Shown here in pieces: positions 47,613-59,800 of a DNA stretch of 64,000 nt. The position numbers were made by a program, and so were the translations under genes. A model generated the notes under the pieces. It was not told where the DNA came from and did no database searches. It saw only the letters and a program-made list of their open reading frames with translations. Positions within the stretch are counted from its first letter, which is position 1; every line of letters starts with the position of its first letter. This DNA is from Sphaerodactylus townsendi (Eukaryota). The stretch is from positions 22,382,001 through 22,446,000 of the forward strand of contig NC_059436.1 of the NCBI RefSeq assembly GCF_021028975.2, written 5' to 3'.

Positions 47613-50600
47613 ATGCTTTCCTACATTACTTCGTTCACCAGCCTCCTAGCTAAGAATGTGGCTGATCTCTTTTGGTTTTTGCTCCAGTACATCCCAGGTA
47701 AGAGCCCCCCCCCCGGTCAGTCTCCTTTAAAGGTATTTTGCTGAACCGAGTGCTTTTAAAAAGTACCCGAGATTGGGTGGACTGACTGCATGGGTCTCTC
47801 TTGTGCTGTAAAGACTGCCCAGAAGAGAAGCATTTGATTTGGGTTTAATAACCTGAATATTTTTGAACCCCCACCTCTGCAAAGCCCATACGCAGTATCC
47901 ACTGGCACTTTATTTGCAAACTGGGCAAGAACAGATGGCTTGAGCAATATTTATTTTTCTTTGCATTGTTCTGTTTGATATTGGTGGTTTTGTTTCTTTT
48001 GAGAAGGAGAACTGGCCGAGTTATTCTGCATGTTGATTTTTGTGTGGAAAAAATTAATTCATTTAAGAGCTCCTCAGAGTCATACTGGACCCAGCGTTAT
48101 TGCTGTTGAAGCAAGTTAACGCAATTGAGCCAAAGGCTTTCTTTCCGTTTAGCCCAGTTCAAAAAATAACCCTTAATCTTGATACATCTGATCTGCCACC
48201 TGGATACGTGCCACAATAACATTGAGATTAGATTACTGTAGCGTACTCGACAGAGGTCTTTCGTCAAAGTCCACTTAGAGACTTCAGTTGGTATAGAATA
48301 TTGCAGCCTGGTTATTACTAGGAGTCAGGCGGGGCATGCATATTACTTCAATTCTGCTGTCACTCCATTGGCTGCCCGTTGTGTTGGCTATGACGTATAA
48401 AATCCTTCAAGGCCTTGGACTTTCATATGTACAAGATCGCCCTCCCCACATGTGCTGCCGTGACAGCTTTGCTCATCTGGTGCTAACTTGCAAAGGGGCA
48501 AAGTCAACAACTGCCCGTACGCATGCCTTCTTGGTTGTGGCCTTATGGAACAGCCTGCCTGACGAAGTCAGGAAGGCTCACATTCTTGGCTTTCCTCAAA
48601 TTATGTAAAATAAACACATTTTTTTGTATCACAGATGGAAAAATGTCTCAATGTCCATTTAAAATTCATAAAGGGATGTACAAATTCTCGGATGTTCATG
48701 GATAATTCACACGCATTGCAGTGTCCACATCTGAAATGGCCATTAGCTTGACTATATCATTATCATTTTGTGATAGCTCAGACTTTTATTCTTGCTTGGG
48801 TTTTCTGCACGGCCCATTTATGACGGCCTGGGGGCGCCAAAAAAGGCGCCCCCAGGCCGCCGTTCGCACAGGCGCCGCTGCTGCAATGCAGCAGCGGCGA
48901 CCTGACTCTTCTTCCCTCCCCCCAGGGCGGCGTCAAGCCGCCCTAAACAACAACCCTTTAAAGGGGTTGTTGTTGGGGAGGCGTCTTCCCTGCGGCGCTG
49001 CGCGAACCGCGCCGCCGGGAAGACGCTGTCTCCCGTCTCCGCCCCACTCACGGTGTCCTCCTCGTCGCCTGCGGGGCGTCGCAGCCCCGCCCACACTGTC
49101 CTCCGACCTCCAGGGGTCGGAGGGCAGCGTGGGCGGGGCTGCAACGCCCCGCAGGCGACGAGGAGGACACCATGAGTGGGGCGGGGGAGGGCGCAGAGGC
49201 GGCTCCGTGCGGAGCCGTCTGCCGTCTGCCGGCCTTCCCTTCGCCTGCTCGCACGCTTGCGTGCGAGCAGGCTCCCGCCCCCACGCCGGCAGAACTCCTG
49301 TCGGCGTGGGGGCGCCTCCTGGCCGTGCAGAAACTGCAACCCAAAGCCCATTGATTTATCGCAAAGTGCCAACACAGCAATTTAACCTGAATACTGAGGT
49401 TTTAGTATAGAAAAAACGGTTGGCTCCAAGATGCACGTCACTCGGGAGTAAGCTTGGTGGCTTTGCTTTGAAGCAACTGTGCAATGCTTCGAACGGGTGA
49501 ATCACGACCCTAGGAGGGTTTACTCAGAAGCAAAACCCATTGCCAGCAACCGAGCTTACTCCCAGGTAAAGGATCGCGCTTTCGTTCTTCCCATGAAAAT
49601 CAATAGGGTTTAACAGCACTTAACAGGGTTACCTACACTGCTTTTCCAAAACTAGGTCTTAGGTTTAATGCTAATAATCTCCCTGAAATATATTGTCGAA
49701 GGCTTTCACAGCCGGAATCACTTGGGTGCTGTGTGGTTTCCGGGCTGTATGGCCGTGTTCTAGCAGCATTCTCTCCTGACGTTTCGCCTGCATCTGTGGC
49801 TGGCATCTTCAGAGGATCTTCTCTGAAGATCCTCTGAAGATGCCAGCCACAGATGCAGGCGAAACGTCAGGAGAGAATGCTCCCTGAAATAATTACAGTA
49901 TTATCACATGACGAATTCTGTGCACGCGTGCCCATAAAGAGGGCTCTGAGTGCCACCTCTGGCACCCATGCCATAGGTTCGCCACCACTGTCCTAGGCAT
50001 AGTGTTTGGAGTTGTTATTTACTTGGTGTTGCACACTATACCTGTTGAGTTTCTGTTTAATAATTGCTGAATAATTGCTCAATTGTTGCTGTGACTATAT
50101 GGGACATTTTGCATTTAGCTTTGGGCTCTTAGTTTTTATACAACTGGCCTGCAAAGCAAGAAGCCAAAACAAGAACTTTAAAAACACAGAACCCTGAGAA
50201 GTGCTATCTCTGTATTTGCACTGCTTGGTTTTTATGTGTGTCATCTACTTTTTAAGCAGGACAATGGGGATAAATTTTTGAATGTAATTTGTCCTTGATA
50301 AAAACTTTCCATGAGATAATTGGAGCTTTCTAGCTTTTAAGTGAAAACTCAGTATTTGGCTTTAAAAGCTGTGTAACAAATAAAACCAACAAGGGAAGTT
50401 TTTCTCAACATGCAAGGACATTGATGTGAATAGCAGTAATTATTGATCGCTGTCATTATCTATTGATTAAAGAAGTGGCAACTGTGGTAAAGTTCTGAAC
50501 AAAAACTTCCGCAGGGGGATGATCCCTTGTTGTGGGTTCATTGTTAGTATAAAGGCAGAGCTATGGTTCTCTGTTCTTGGTTCCCTTCCCCTCGCGCCTG

Positions 50601-53600
50601 CTGTTTACCACAACCCCATACTACCAGAGGGCTTATTGGAAAAATTCATAGTATGAGGGAAGAACAATATTGAATGGATTTTCCAGAACATTTCTGCTGC
50701 TGTTTGAACACTGTGGATGCTCAGTGTGGAAGCAGTCAAGAATCCATGCAACTGAGTGGGGGACAGGATCGTTGAAAACTGCTTAGCTTCTGAAATCTGA
50801 CAAGATTGGGCTATTTTGAAGGCAAGAGCCATTCAGGAGACAAAAAGGATTTTGAAGGCAAGAGATGTTCAGAAGTGGTTTGCCACGTGAGCTGAGAGAG
50901 TTCTGAAAGAGCTGTGACTGACCCAGGATCATCCAGCAGGCCTCATGTGGAAGAGTGGGGTATTGAACCTAGTTCTCCAGATTAGAGTCCGCCGCTCTTA
51001 GCCACTGTGCCACTCTGGCTCAAGGGTTGTGTTGTGCACAGAGACGCTGTCTATTAACCTCTCACTTTGTTCCCACAGTTCTGAATAGCTTCGAATCCAG
51101 CCAGAAGCAAAAGCTCACCTTCAGCAGTCGGAAAGGGTTGGAATGCATCACACCATTGTTTACCAGTGTGGAGGAGACACCCCAACAAATCCCTACATGG
51201 GTCAAAGGTCACATCCCCAACTGGCTGAAGGGAAAGTTGCTGAGGAATGGGCCAGGGAGATTCGAGTTTGGAAAGGATAAGTAAGGCCTGCTTTTGTTGT
51301 TGAATTCTCTTGCATTTATTAATTACAAACTTAGGTAGTGGCCGTAGCTATCTATAGGTGCGGTTCTGCGCTCGTTACTAGCCCAAAGAAACTGTAACTA
51401 TGCTTTCTTTCACATACCCATGTTATTGAATGTTGTCTCAGAACAAAGTAAATAAGTTCTGCATTCTTGCCCAATTGCCTAGAGGCAATTCTTGCTCACT
51501 GTTGGCGATTGTAAGTCTGGCTCAGAGGGCACCATGTCCTCCGAATGTCTGGGACTAATAATAGAGTTTGTCACAGAGGAGCCCGTCTTTCTACCTGATC
51601 TGCTCACCTGGGAATGAAAAAGAAAAGTCAACGTATATCCTTAATGATAAGCATATTTTGCCTACCTCTATTTTAGAAATATTTCTTTTCTGAACATTTG
51701 AGATTTACAAGGAAGAGGTGTTCCCAATATTTAAAAGTGCGGTGGGGGTGGGGAATCTTACAAATGTTTATCTATTAGAATTAATCCCCCCCCCACCAGA
51801 TGTATGCATTTCAATCAAAAGCTATTAAAAGATTTCTATAAATGTAGATACTTGTTTTTCCCTTTTCACTTGACTAAGGGGAAGGAAGAAGTCTGGTGTT
51901 TGCTCATCAGAGCTCTTCCCCAGAAAGCGGGACACCCTTGATCTTGCTCCTTTGATCTATGTATAGTGGGGGTAGGTTGTGTGGTCCTCATCTTGCAGAG
52001 TTTTCCTTACCTGTAGCAAGTTCAGTCTGTGCTCTTGAATGCCTACAGTTATGAATTAGGAAGCAGAAAATGATGAACTGGAGTCTTTGAAAAGAACCAT
52101 GTAGGTAGAGTGACTATGTACCTTTCTTCTCCTTTGATGGTGTTTGTGTTCTGTGATGGAAGATACAACCATTGGTTTGATGGTGCTGCCTTGCTACACC
52201 AGTTCACTATTGAGAATGGGATTGTGACATACCAAAGCAAGTTCCTAAGGAGTGACTGCTATATGGCTAACAACCAGAACAACCGAATCATGGTCTCTGA
52301 GTTTGGAACTCTGGCTATGCCAGACCCTTGCAAGAGCATTTTTGAGCGCTTCATGTCAAGGTTTGAAAAACCAGGTCAGTATCTTTCTTAGATCAGCTCC
52401 ATCATATCTAATACCTGATGCTGTTGTCTCCAATGAAGAAACTCCAAAACAAAAGTGTGGACCAATACGCTGCGATGCATGGACTTTTTTTCTTTACAGT
52501 GTTCCTGTTGCAGAAGGGTGGGCAGGATTTGGTACAAACCTGAACTCAATGGGCATGTACTTTCCTGACCCGACCTCGTGTTTCATTTCCTGTCAATTCG
52601 TGTGCCAAATTGGGAACTTGGTTAAAGCGGCCATGCTTCTTGAGGTGGAAAAACAGGAAACAAACTGTTCCTTTTGAAATAAAGAAATACTAAGAGAGCA
52701 ATTCTGGGCAGGTCTGCTCAGAATCCTACTCAAGTCTATCTGTTAGTGCACTTTCCTTCTCCCAGGGAAGTGTTCTTAGAATTGCAGAGCAAGGGTTGTG
52801 AGATCAGTTAAGTGATCAAGACAGGGCTGTCATAAGCACACACTGAGGTGGGACAGTTGCTGAGGCCCAAGGTTTCAAGCTCGGCCTATCGCTGCTGACG
52901 TGCTTCATTAGAAGTGCATTCATTTCACCAAACTAAACCAGGACTTTTGTTCCAGAGTCCACCGACAACTGCAGTGTGAACTATGTCATCTACAAAGGGG
53001 ACTATTATGTTAGCACCGAGACCAACTTAATGCATAAATTGGATGTGGAAACTCTGGAGTCAAAGGAGAAGGTAACGGAAATGAAATAACAGCAGGATTA
53101 GGGGTTCGGTCATGGCATTTCCAGGTTGATGTCCACAGTCCATCAGGGCAAGTTCAGCATATGCTGGAAGTAATCTATATTGAAGGAGATGCCACATTGG
53201 GCTGAGGTCAGTTTGTGCCTGAGACTGCACTAGAATGGCAGGGAAACCAGCTGTTTGAATCCTGAGGTGGTAGAATCAATTGAGCCTCTTCACTTTGCAG
53301 GCAAGGAACTGCAATTTTAAATGCTCCCCAAGTTACAAAAGGTCACTGCAAGCAGAAAACTCATGCAGGATGCACTGTATACTTCCATTAACCAATTAAT
53401 TTTAATCAGCCAAAAGGCCCATTTATTCAGTGTTATTACTGGTAGCATGAATATCCAAACGGCAGTGCGTATGGTTGGTTGCAAACAGAGGCACACATCA
53501 AGTCTGTGTCAGGAGTGGAAAGATTTCAAGAGCTTCATCTTGGAAATACAAACATTTTTGCATTTGCAGGTAGACTGGAGCAAGTATGTTGCAGTGAATG

Positions 53601-53756
53601 GAGCGACTGCGCATCCGCATTATGAACCAGATGGGACAGCCTACAACATGGGCAATTCATATGGGAAACATGGTGAGGCCAGTAAATTTAGAGATGGGGT
53701 CTAGTTTAGTTACTTTATGCTTGCCTGGGATTTTTTTTGTCTGTTTGTAGGCAGAG

Positions 53757-53820
<64 letters not shown>

Positions 53821-56800
53821 GTCAGTCAGTCAGTCAGTCAGTCAATCAATCAATAATTTATTGTGGTCATAGATCAGGAGGGTCAAACTTCTTTAATTTG
53901 TTCTTTAGTAGGTATTTATTTCTGCGATTGTGCTAATAAAATGTTTGGAAGTAAATAATTGGACGCATGTTCTGAATAGAAGCTGAAGTATTCTAGTGTC
54001 AGAATAGTGCCTTACAGAGTTCCTTTACATCCCCTGTGTGTGAACATGTGAACCCACAAGTCACCTTCTACTGAACCATACCATCGATCCTTCTGTCTTT
54101 GTGATAACAGCTGTTCCTTATATCAGAGATCCTTATTAAAATGTTGGGGGTGGGACATGGGAAATATTGCTTACAAAGCAAAACTCTCTTTAGCCCTCCT
54201 TTTCTTAGGATGTGTTCATATTTTTCACATGGGACAAAGGGACAAAGAATAAAATGTGAATAACTGGAGTGGGAACCCTCATGTAGAAACTGGGGCAGGT
54301 AAGGGAGGTATCTTTTTAGACAGGAAGTTTTGGAGTGTTCAGTGAATCTGGCAGTGATGAGAGCTTTCCAGTCTCCAACCGTGGCCTGCGAGTAGCAGCA
54401 AACTCACTGCCATTCCCCAGCAGTTCCCTGAATGTGCTGACTTTTCACTATTTCTGCTCCCACCCCGTGCCCTTCAGCCCTTGTTTTTGGGTCACATGAA
54501 TTTTAAAGTGGTTTGGTTATTCGCAACATAGAAACATTGGGGGAAAACCTAAGAGAATGGAGAAGTTTGTTTGAAAAAGACTAAAATGTATCATGGTCTC
54601 CTTTTTACTATCTGCCGGCCAGGCTACATTCTGCTTTTGCTGTTTCATGATTATTCAGAATGTTCCCACACAGATATTTTCTAGGAAATAAGTCCTATTT
54701 TGAGTGTATTTGATTTCCAGGCAAGGATGTTCAGCTGGCATCGATGCGCACAGCTGCAGGGAGCCAGAGAAGACTGCGCAGCTCAATTGTTTGAGTTCCT
54801 GCAAGTCAGTCTGCAAAGGCCCCAATCCTCCTGTAGCTGTTGCCAGAATCGTACCTAACTGATATGCTTTCTCCCATCCAGGTTCAAACTATAACATAAT
54901 TCAGATTCCCCCGCAGAAGTCTAGCCCCGAAGACGCCAATCTGCAGGGGGCAAAAATTCTGTGCACCATTCAGCCAGAAAACAAGATGAAGCCCTCCTAT
55001 TACCACAGTTTTGGTAAGGGTGTCCCTCCTTTGAACTGAAACCTTGCCCCTTCCGCAGAATTGCCAGAGATAAAGGCCATGGAAGTTTACGATAGCAAGA
55101 ATGGGAACTCTCTGCTTCCCAACTGAGGCCCTCAGAAACCAGGTGAACAGGCTGGAATATCACAGGCGGGGCTATCTGGGCTCTTTGAACTGTGAAAATA
55201 AAAGCTGTGAGAACATGGCCAGTATATGGGATTCAGTGCTCCAAGATGCAGCAACAAGTGTAAGCATTATAAGCATGCATTGTTTGGAAAAGGATTCGGG
55301 AAATTCATGGAGGATCGGTCTATGAACATCTAGATTCCGCATGCAAAGACACAACATAGTAACCTAGAATATCAGTTCCTGTGCACATACAGTGGCCTTC
55401 GCCTGCACGCCTTGTTTATGGGCCTTCAAGCAGAAACAACTGTGGAGTCAATGGATCTTTGGTTGGGATTACTGGGATGATTCCTAGATAAAGGGACATG
55501 AATATATTAAGTGCCATTAAGTCACTCCCAACCTAAGGCAACCTTAGGAATCTATGTTTTCCTATTGTTAACAGCCTTTCTCAGGTCTTGCAAACTGGGG
55601 GCCATAGCTTTCTTTATAAGAGACGATCCATCTTATATTGCATCTTCCTCTTTTCCTGCTGCCTTCAAACTTTCCTAGCATTATTGTCTTTTCCAGTGAA
55701 TCTTCTTATTATTATGTGACCAAAGTACAACATTTTAGCTTCTAAGGACAGTTCAGGCTTGAATTGATTTGGTCTAGAATCCACTTATTTGGTTTTTTTG
55801 GTGGTCCATAGTATCTGTAAAACTATTGTATAGTGAGACATAATTCCCACATGAATACTGAAAGGTTCTGCAGAAATGTTGGGATTCATGCTCTGAGAGC
55901 CAGCGTGGTGTAGTGGTTAAGAGCAGGTGGATTCTAATCTGGAGAACCGGGTTTGATTCCCCACTCCTCCACCTGAGTGGCAGAGGCTTATCTGGTGAAC
56001 CAGATGTGTTTCCGCACTCCTACATTCCTGCTGGGTGACCTTGGGCTGGTCACAGTTCTTTGGGACTCTCTCGGCCCCACCTACCTCCCAAGGTGTCTGT
56101 TGTGGGGAGAGGAAGGGAAAGGAGCTTGTAAGCCACCTTGAGTCTCCTTACTTGAGAAAAAGGTGGGGTATAAATCCAAACTACTACTCCTCTTCCTCCT
56201 CTTCCTCCTCTCCTCCTCCTCCTCCTCCTCCTTCTTCTTCTAAATTTACTTTATTCTAAGCATTCTATGAAGGCTGTTGGATCATTTGAAGGTTTTTTGG
56301 CAAGATTGGTTATGCCTGTAGGAGGAAATGTAGCAATGTATTGTCCAAGGAGCACAATTAAGTAGTTGTGACGGAAGGGAAGGCAGTGAGGTTCAGGAGT
56401 GTGGCTAGGACAGAGCTTGCCTGAGCAGTGACATCTTTTGCTTCCAGGAATGAGTGAAAACTTCGTGATCTTCATTGAGCAGCCTGTCAAAATCAACCTG
56501 TGGAAGCTCATCGCAGCCAGGAGTCTTGGGAGGTCGTTTTTGGATGCAGTCAGCTGGGAGCCTCAGCACAATACCCGCTTCCATGTCGTGGAGAAGCTCA
56601 CGGGGGAGGTAGATCTTGAATGCCAGGGCTGAGTCTGTCATTGCTAGGACCTGGAGGAAGGGGGGCAGGGGAGCAGGCACTCATCTGAATTTCCAGGGAA
56701 CCTCATGAGAGCTCAGGAGCCAGAGGTGTGGTCACAGATATAGACAGGTGACAGGTAGGACAGAGAGAAGCCAGCTCCAGCTTATTCTGGGCCAGATCTG

Positions 56801-59800
56801 TCCATAGTTTGGCAGGTTGTCCAGACTGGAGTAGCAGCCTCCAAGCTAGAATCTTATAAAACCTGAGGTATCCTGGTTCAGTCAAGTCATGTCTGAAGTG
56901 GAGATCGAAGCTGACACGTGGGGGTGGTTTCTGCACTAGGTGGTTCTAGTAATTGCCTTGGGTACCAGAATGCGGCAGGTACTGGAACACCAAAGCTCTC
57001 TAGTGCCTCAGTCCCAGCTCCCCCACCCAGCTTACCAGGCTGGTGAACATCTCAGAGCTTGTTGAAGGCTTTCACAGCTGGATTCAACTGGTTGTGGGTT
57101 TTCCAAGCTGTGTGGCCGTGGTCTGGTAAATCTTGTTCCTAATGTTTCGCCTGCATCTGTGGCCAGCAAGATGCCAGCCACAGATGCAGACAAAACATTA
57201 GGAACAAGATCTACCAGACCACGGCCACACAGCTCCAAAACCCCACAACAACCATCTTAGGGCTTGCCCATCCAGACTGCCTGGGCAGCCCAAGGCATCA
57301 GATGTGTCTGCCTAGCCATCTGATGGGCAGCTTTGGTGCACATACTTGCCAGCAGAGGGTTTGGGGTATGCCTGGGCCAGTCAGCAGGGGGTGAGGCACC
57401 TGGACCTGCTGGCCTTGGGCTTTATCAGCTCTTGAGTTGCTCCTGGCCATATACGGTAGCTTTGTTGGGGTGCTCACGCTCCAGGTCCTCTCTGCATTTT
57501 ATGCAACCACTGGCTTTGTGGTACACATTTTAAGGTGCTGGGGCTTGGCAAGTTGAATGATCTATTAGATTCTGGGCCTAAGGTTGCCAATCTCCAGGTG
57601 ATGGCTGGAGATCTCCAGGGATGACAGCTGATCTCCAGGCGAGGTTGCTCAGTTCGCCAGGAGAATATGGCTGCTTCAGAAAGTGGATCCTATGGCATTA
57701 TATCCCATTGAAGTCCCTCAGGCTACACCCCTAAAATCTCCAACTATTTCCTGATCCAGAGCTGGCAACCCCAACCGGGCTTCTTGGCTTCTTTGAGATC
57801 TAGGATTTCCCTGTTGTGGAATCAATTTGCCCAGTCCAGACTACCAAGTAATTTATTTGGCTACTGAAGTGGTGTTGCTTAACAGCCTTGGCTGTTGTAT
57901 AACACTGGGCTGTAGACTTTCAGGCTGTTCCCACATATAGAATTTTTTTCAGGCAACATTATGCTATTTCCAGATTTTGAGAAGGGATGCTCACGCGGCG
58001 GCATTGAGGGCTGAGATTCACAGAGAAGAAATGGCTTGCATGTCTTGTGTGTTCTTTGCACAGGTCTTGGCCACACAGTACTATACCAAACCCCTCCTAT
58101 CTTTCCATCAAATCAATGCCTTCGAAGATCAAGGCTGCATTGTCCTTGATCTCTGTTGTCAAGGTGATGGGGGAGCCATGGACATCTACCGACTACACAA
58201 CCTCCGCAAGACAGGAGAAGCCCTGGACCAGGTAAAACTCTGAGGACCCTCTTGAATGCAAGTCTTCGTTAAAGGTCACAGAACTTCATTAATCTACTTA
58301 TATTCCAGCCAATTTTATGCATCAGTGGAGTTGCCAACTTCCAGGTGGGGCCTGGAGATCTCCTGATCTCCGGATCAGACCGTTGGACCTGGAGAACCAA
58401 GATCAGTTCCTCTGAAGAAAATGGCTGCTTTGGAAGGTGGAGTCTATGGCATTGTACCTTGCTGAGGTCCCTCCCCAGGCTCCACCCCCAAAATCTCCAG
58501 GAACTTCCTAACCTAGAGGTGGCAACCCTAGTCAGTTTTCATACACAGACTCAGAGCCGCCTTGGTCATGGCACCAAATCTCTGGAACTCCCCAAAGTGA
58601 TTCCTTTGTCCCCTTCTGTTGCCATCTTCCTCCAGGGAATTAAGACTTTTTTTGTTTTGTTTGACACCTCCTGAATGATCCCACCTTCCTAACCAGGGTC
58701 TTGTATGTTTTTAAACTCTGTTTTGTATGTATTTTAATCTCTGTTTTTTAACTCTGCTTTAAAATCGTTTCTATGTTGTGTGTTTGGAAGAGGGGTTGAT
58801 TTTAATGGTTTTAAAACGTGATATTTTATCATGCACATTTTAAATTGTTAGCCACCTTGGTGGGATTTCTAAGGCCAGAAACATGGGGTAAAAATTATAA
58901 TTTTAAAAATGTACAGAGGCAAAGGACTTTAAGCTGACTTGGGGGAAAAGATCACTAGTTTAGCATTTTTCAAAAAAACCCACCCAGGTTGAGCTGAAAC
59001 ATCCTGAGGATGTTTTGGGGGGAAAAGCTGTACGGAGTTCTTCCCCAAATGCTTTTCAAAACATCCTCAAGTTGTTGTATTTGTGTTGTGCAGCAAGCAC
59101 CAGAGTCCCTCACTCTCTTTTGCTGCATCTTTTCTGTCTCCTTGGCAGGCCTATAACTCAGTAGCTCGGCCGTTACCCTGTCGCTTTGTTCTTCCCATCC
59201 ATGTGGATCCCAATAGCTCCACTGGAAAGAATCTCCACCCCTTATCTTACACATCAGCAAGAGCTGTGAAAGAGGCTGATGGAAAGGTACGCACAGACTA
59301 TGTGCTCCATTTGGGGTTTCTGGAGCGGGGCTGGGTTTTTTGCCTGATATTTCTAAAGGTGAATGTAAAGGTAGAAGAAGAGTTTGGAGATTAGAGCGCA
59401 CCTGCTCTTAACCGCTACACCACGCTGGCTCCCAGCTTGTGATCATCCACACTTGCAAAATGAACAGACTGGCGTAAATGCTGTCATTCTTGCTCAGAAC
59501 CTGAGACCCTGCTGGGATTTTATTGGGTGAGTGGGGTTTTGCGTTATGAATAGGTTTGCTTTCAAAAAGAACCTTGCAAAACTAAGAATGTGGAATGGGA
59601 TTATATTGCCTTAGCAGGAAGAAACGTTGGGTATGCAAATTTAGACCCACCTCTAAGATTGCTCAGCAGCTTTAATCTTCCTCATTCAATGCAAATAACA
59701 AATACCTGCTTTACATAAGATGCTATTGAAGTCATCTTCAGGAGATGACAACATGTCGATTCCTTTTCCAGATCTGGTGTACCTATGAAAGTCTACATGA

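Larger units (their letters stand above)
49335..49990. mobile_element. Same hAT family, left end missing, interrupted by the Penelope-like element
   Basis: Colinear with 23640-24097; right TIR ends at 49990. Confidence 0.82.

Noticed and set aside
48721-49410. Overlapping 110-229-aa ORFs in BCO2 intron 1
   Set aside because: Products of a GC-rich palindromic MITE.
55896-55970. tRNA gene-like sequences (A and B boxes) here and at similar loci
   Set aside because: These are SINE heads followed by SINE body and tail, not cloverleaf tRNAs.
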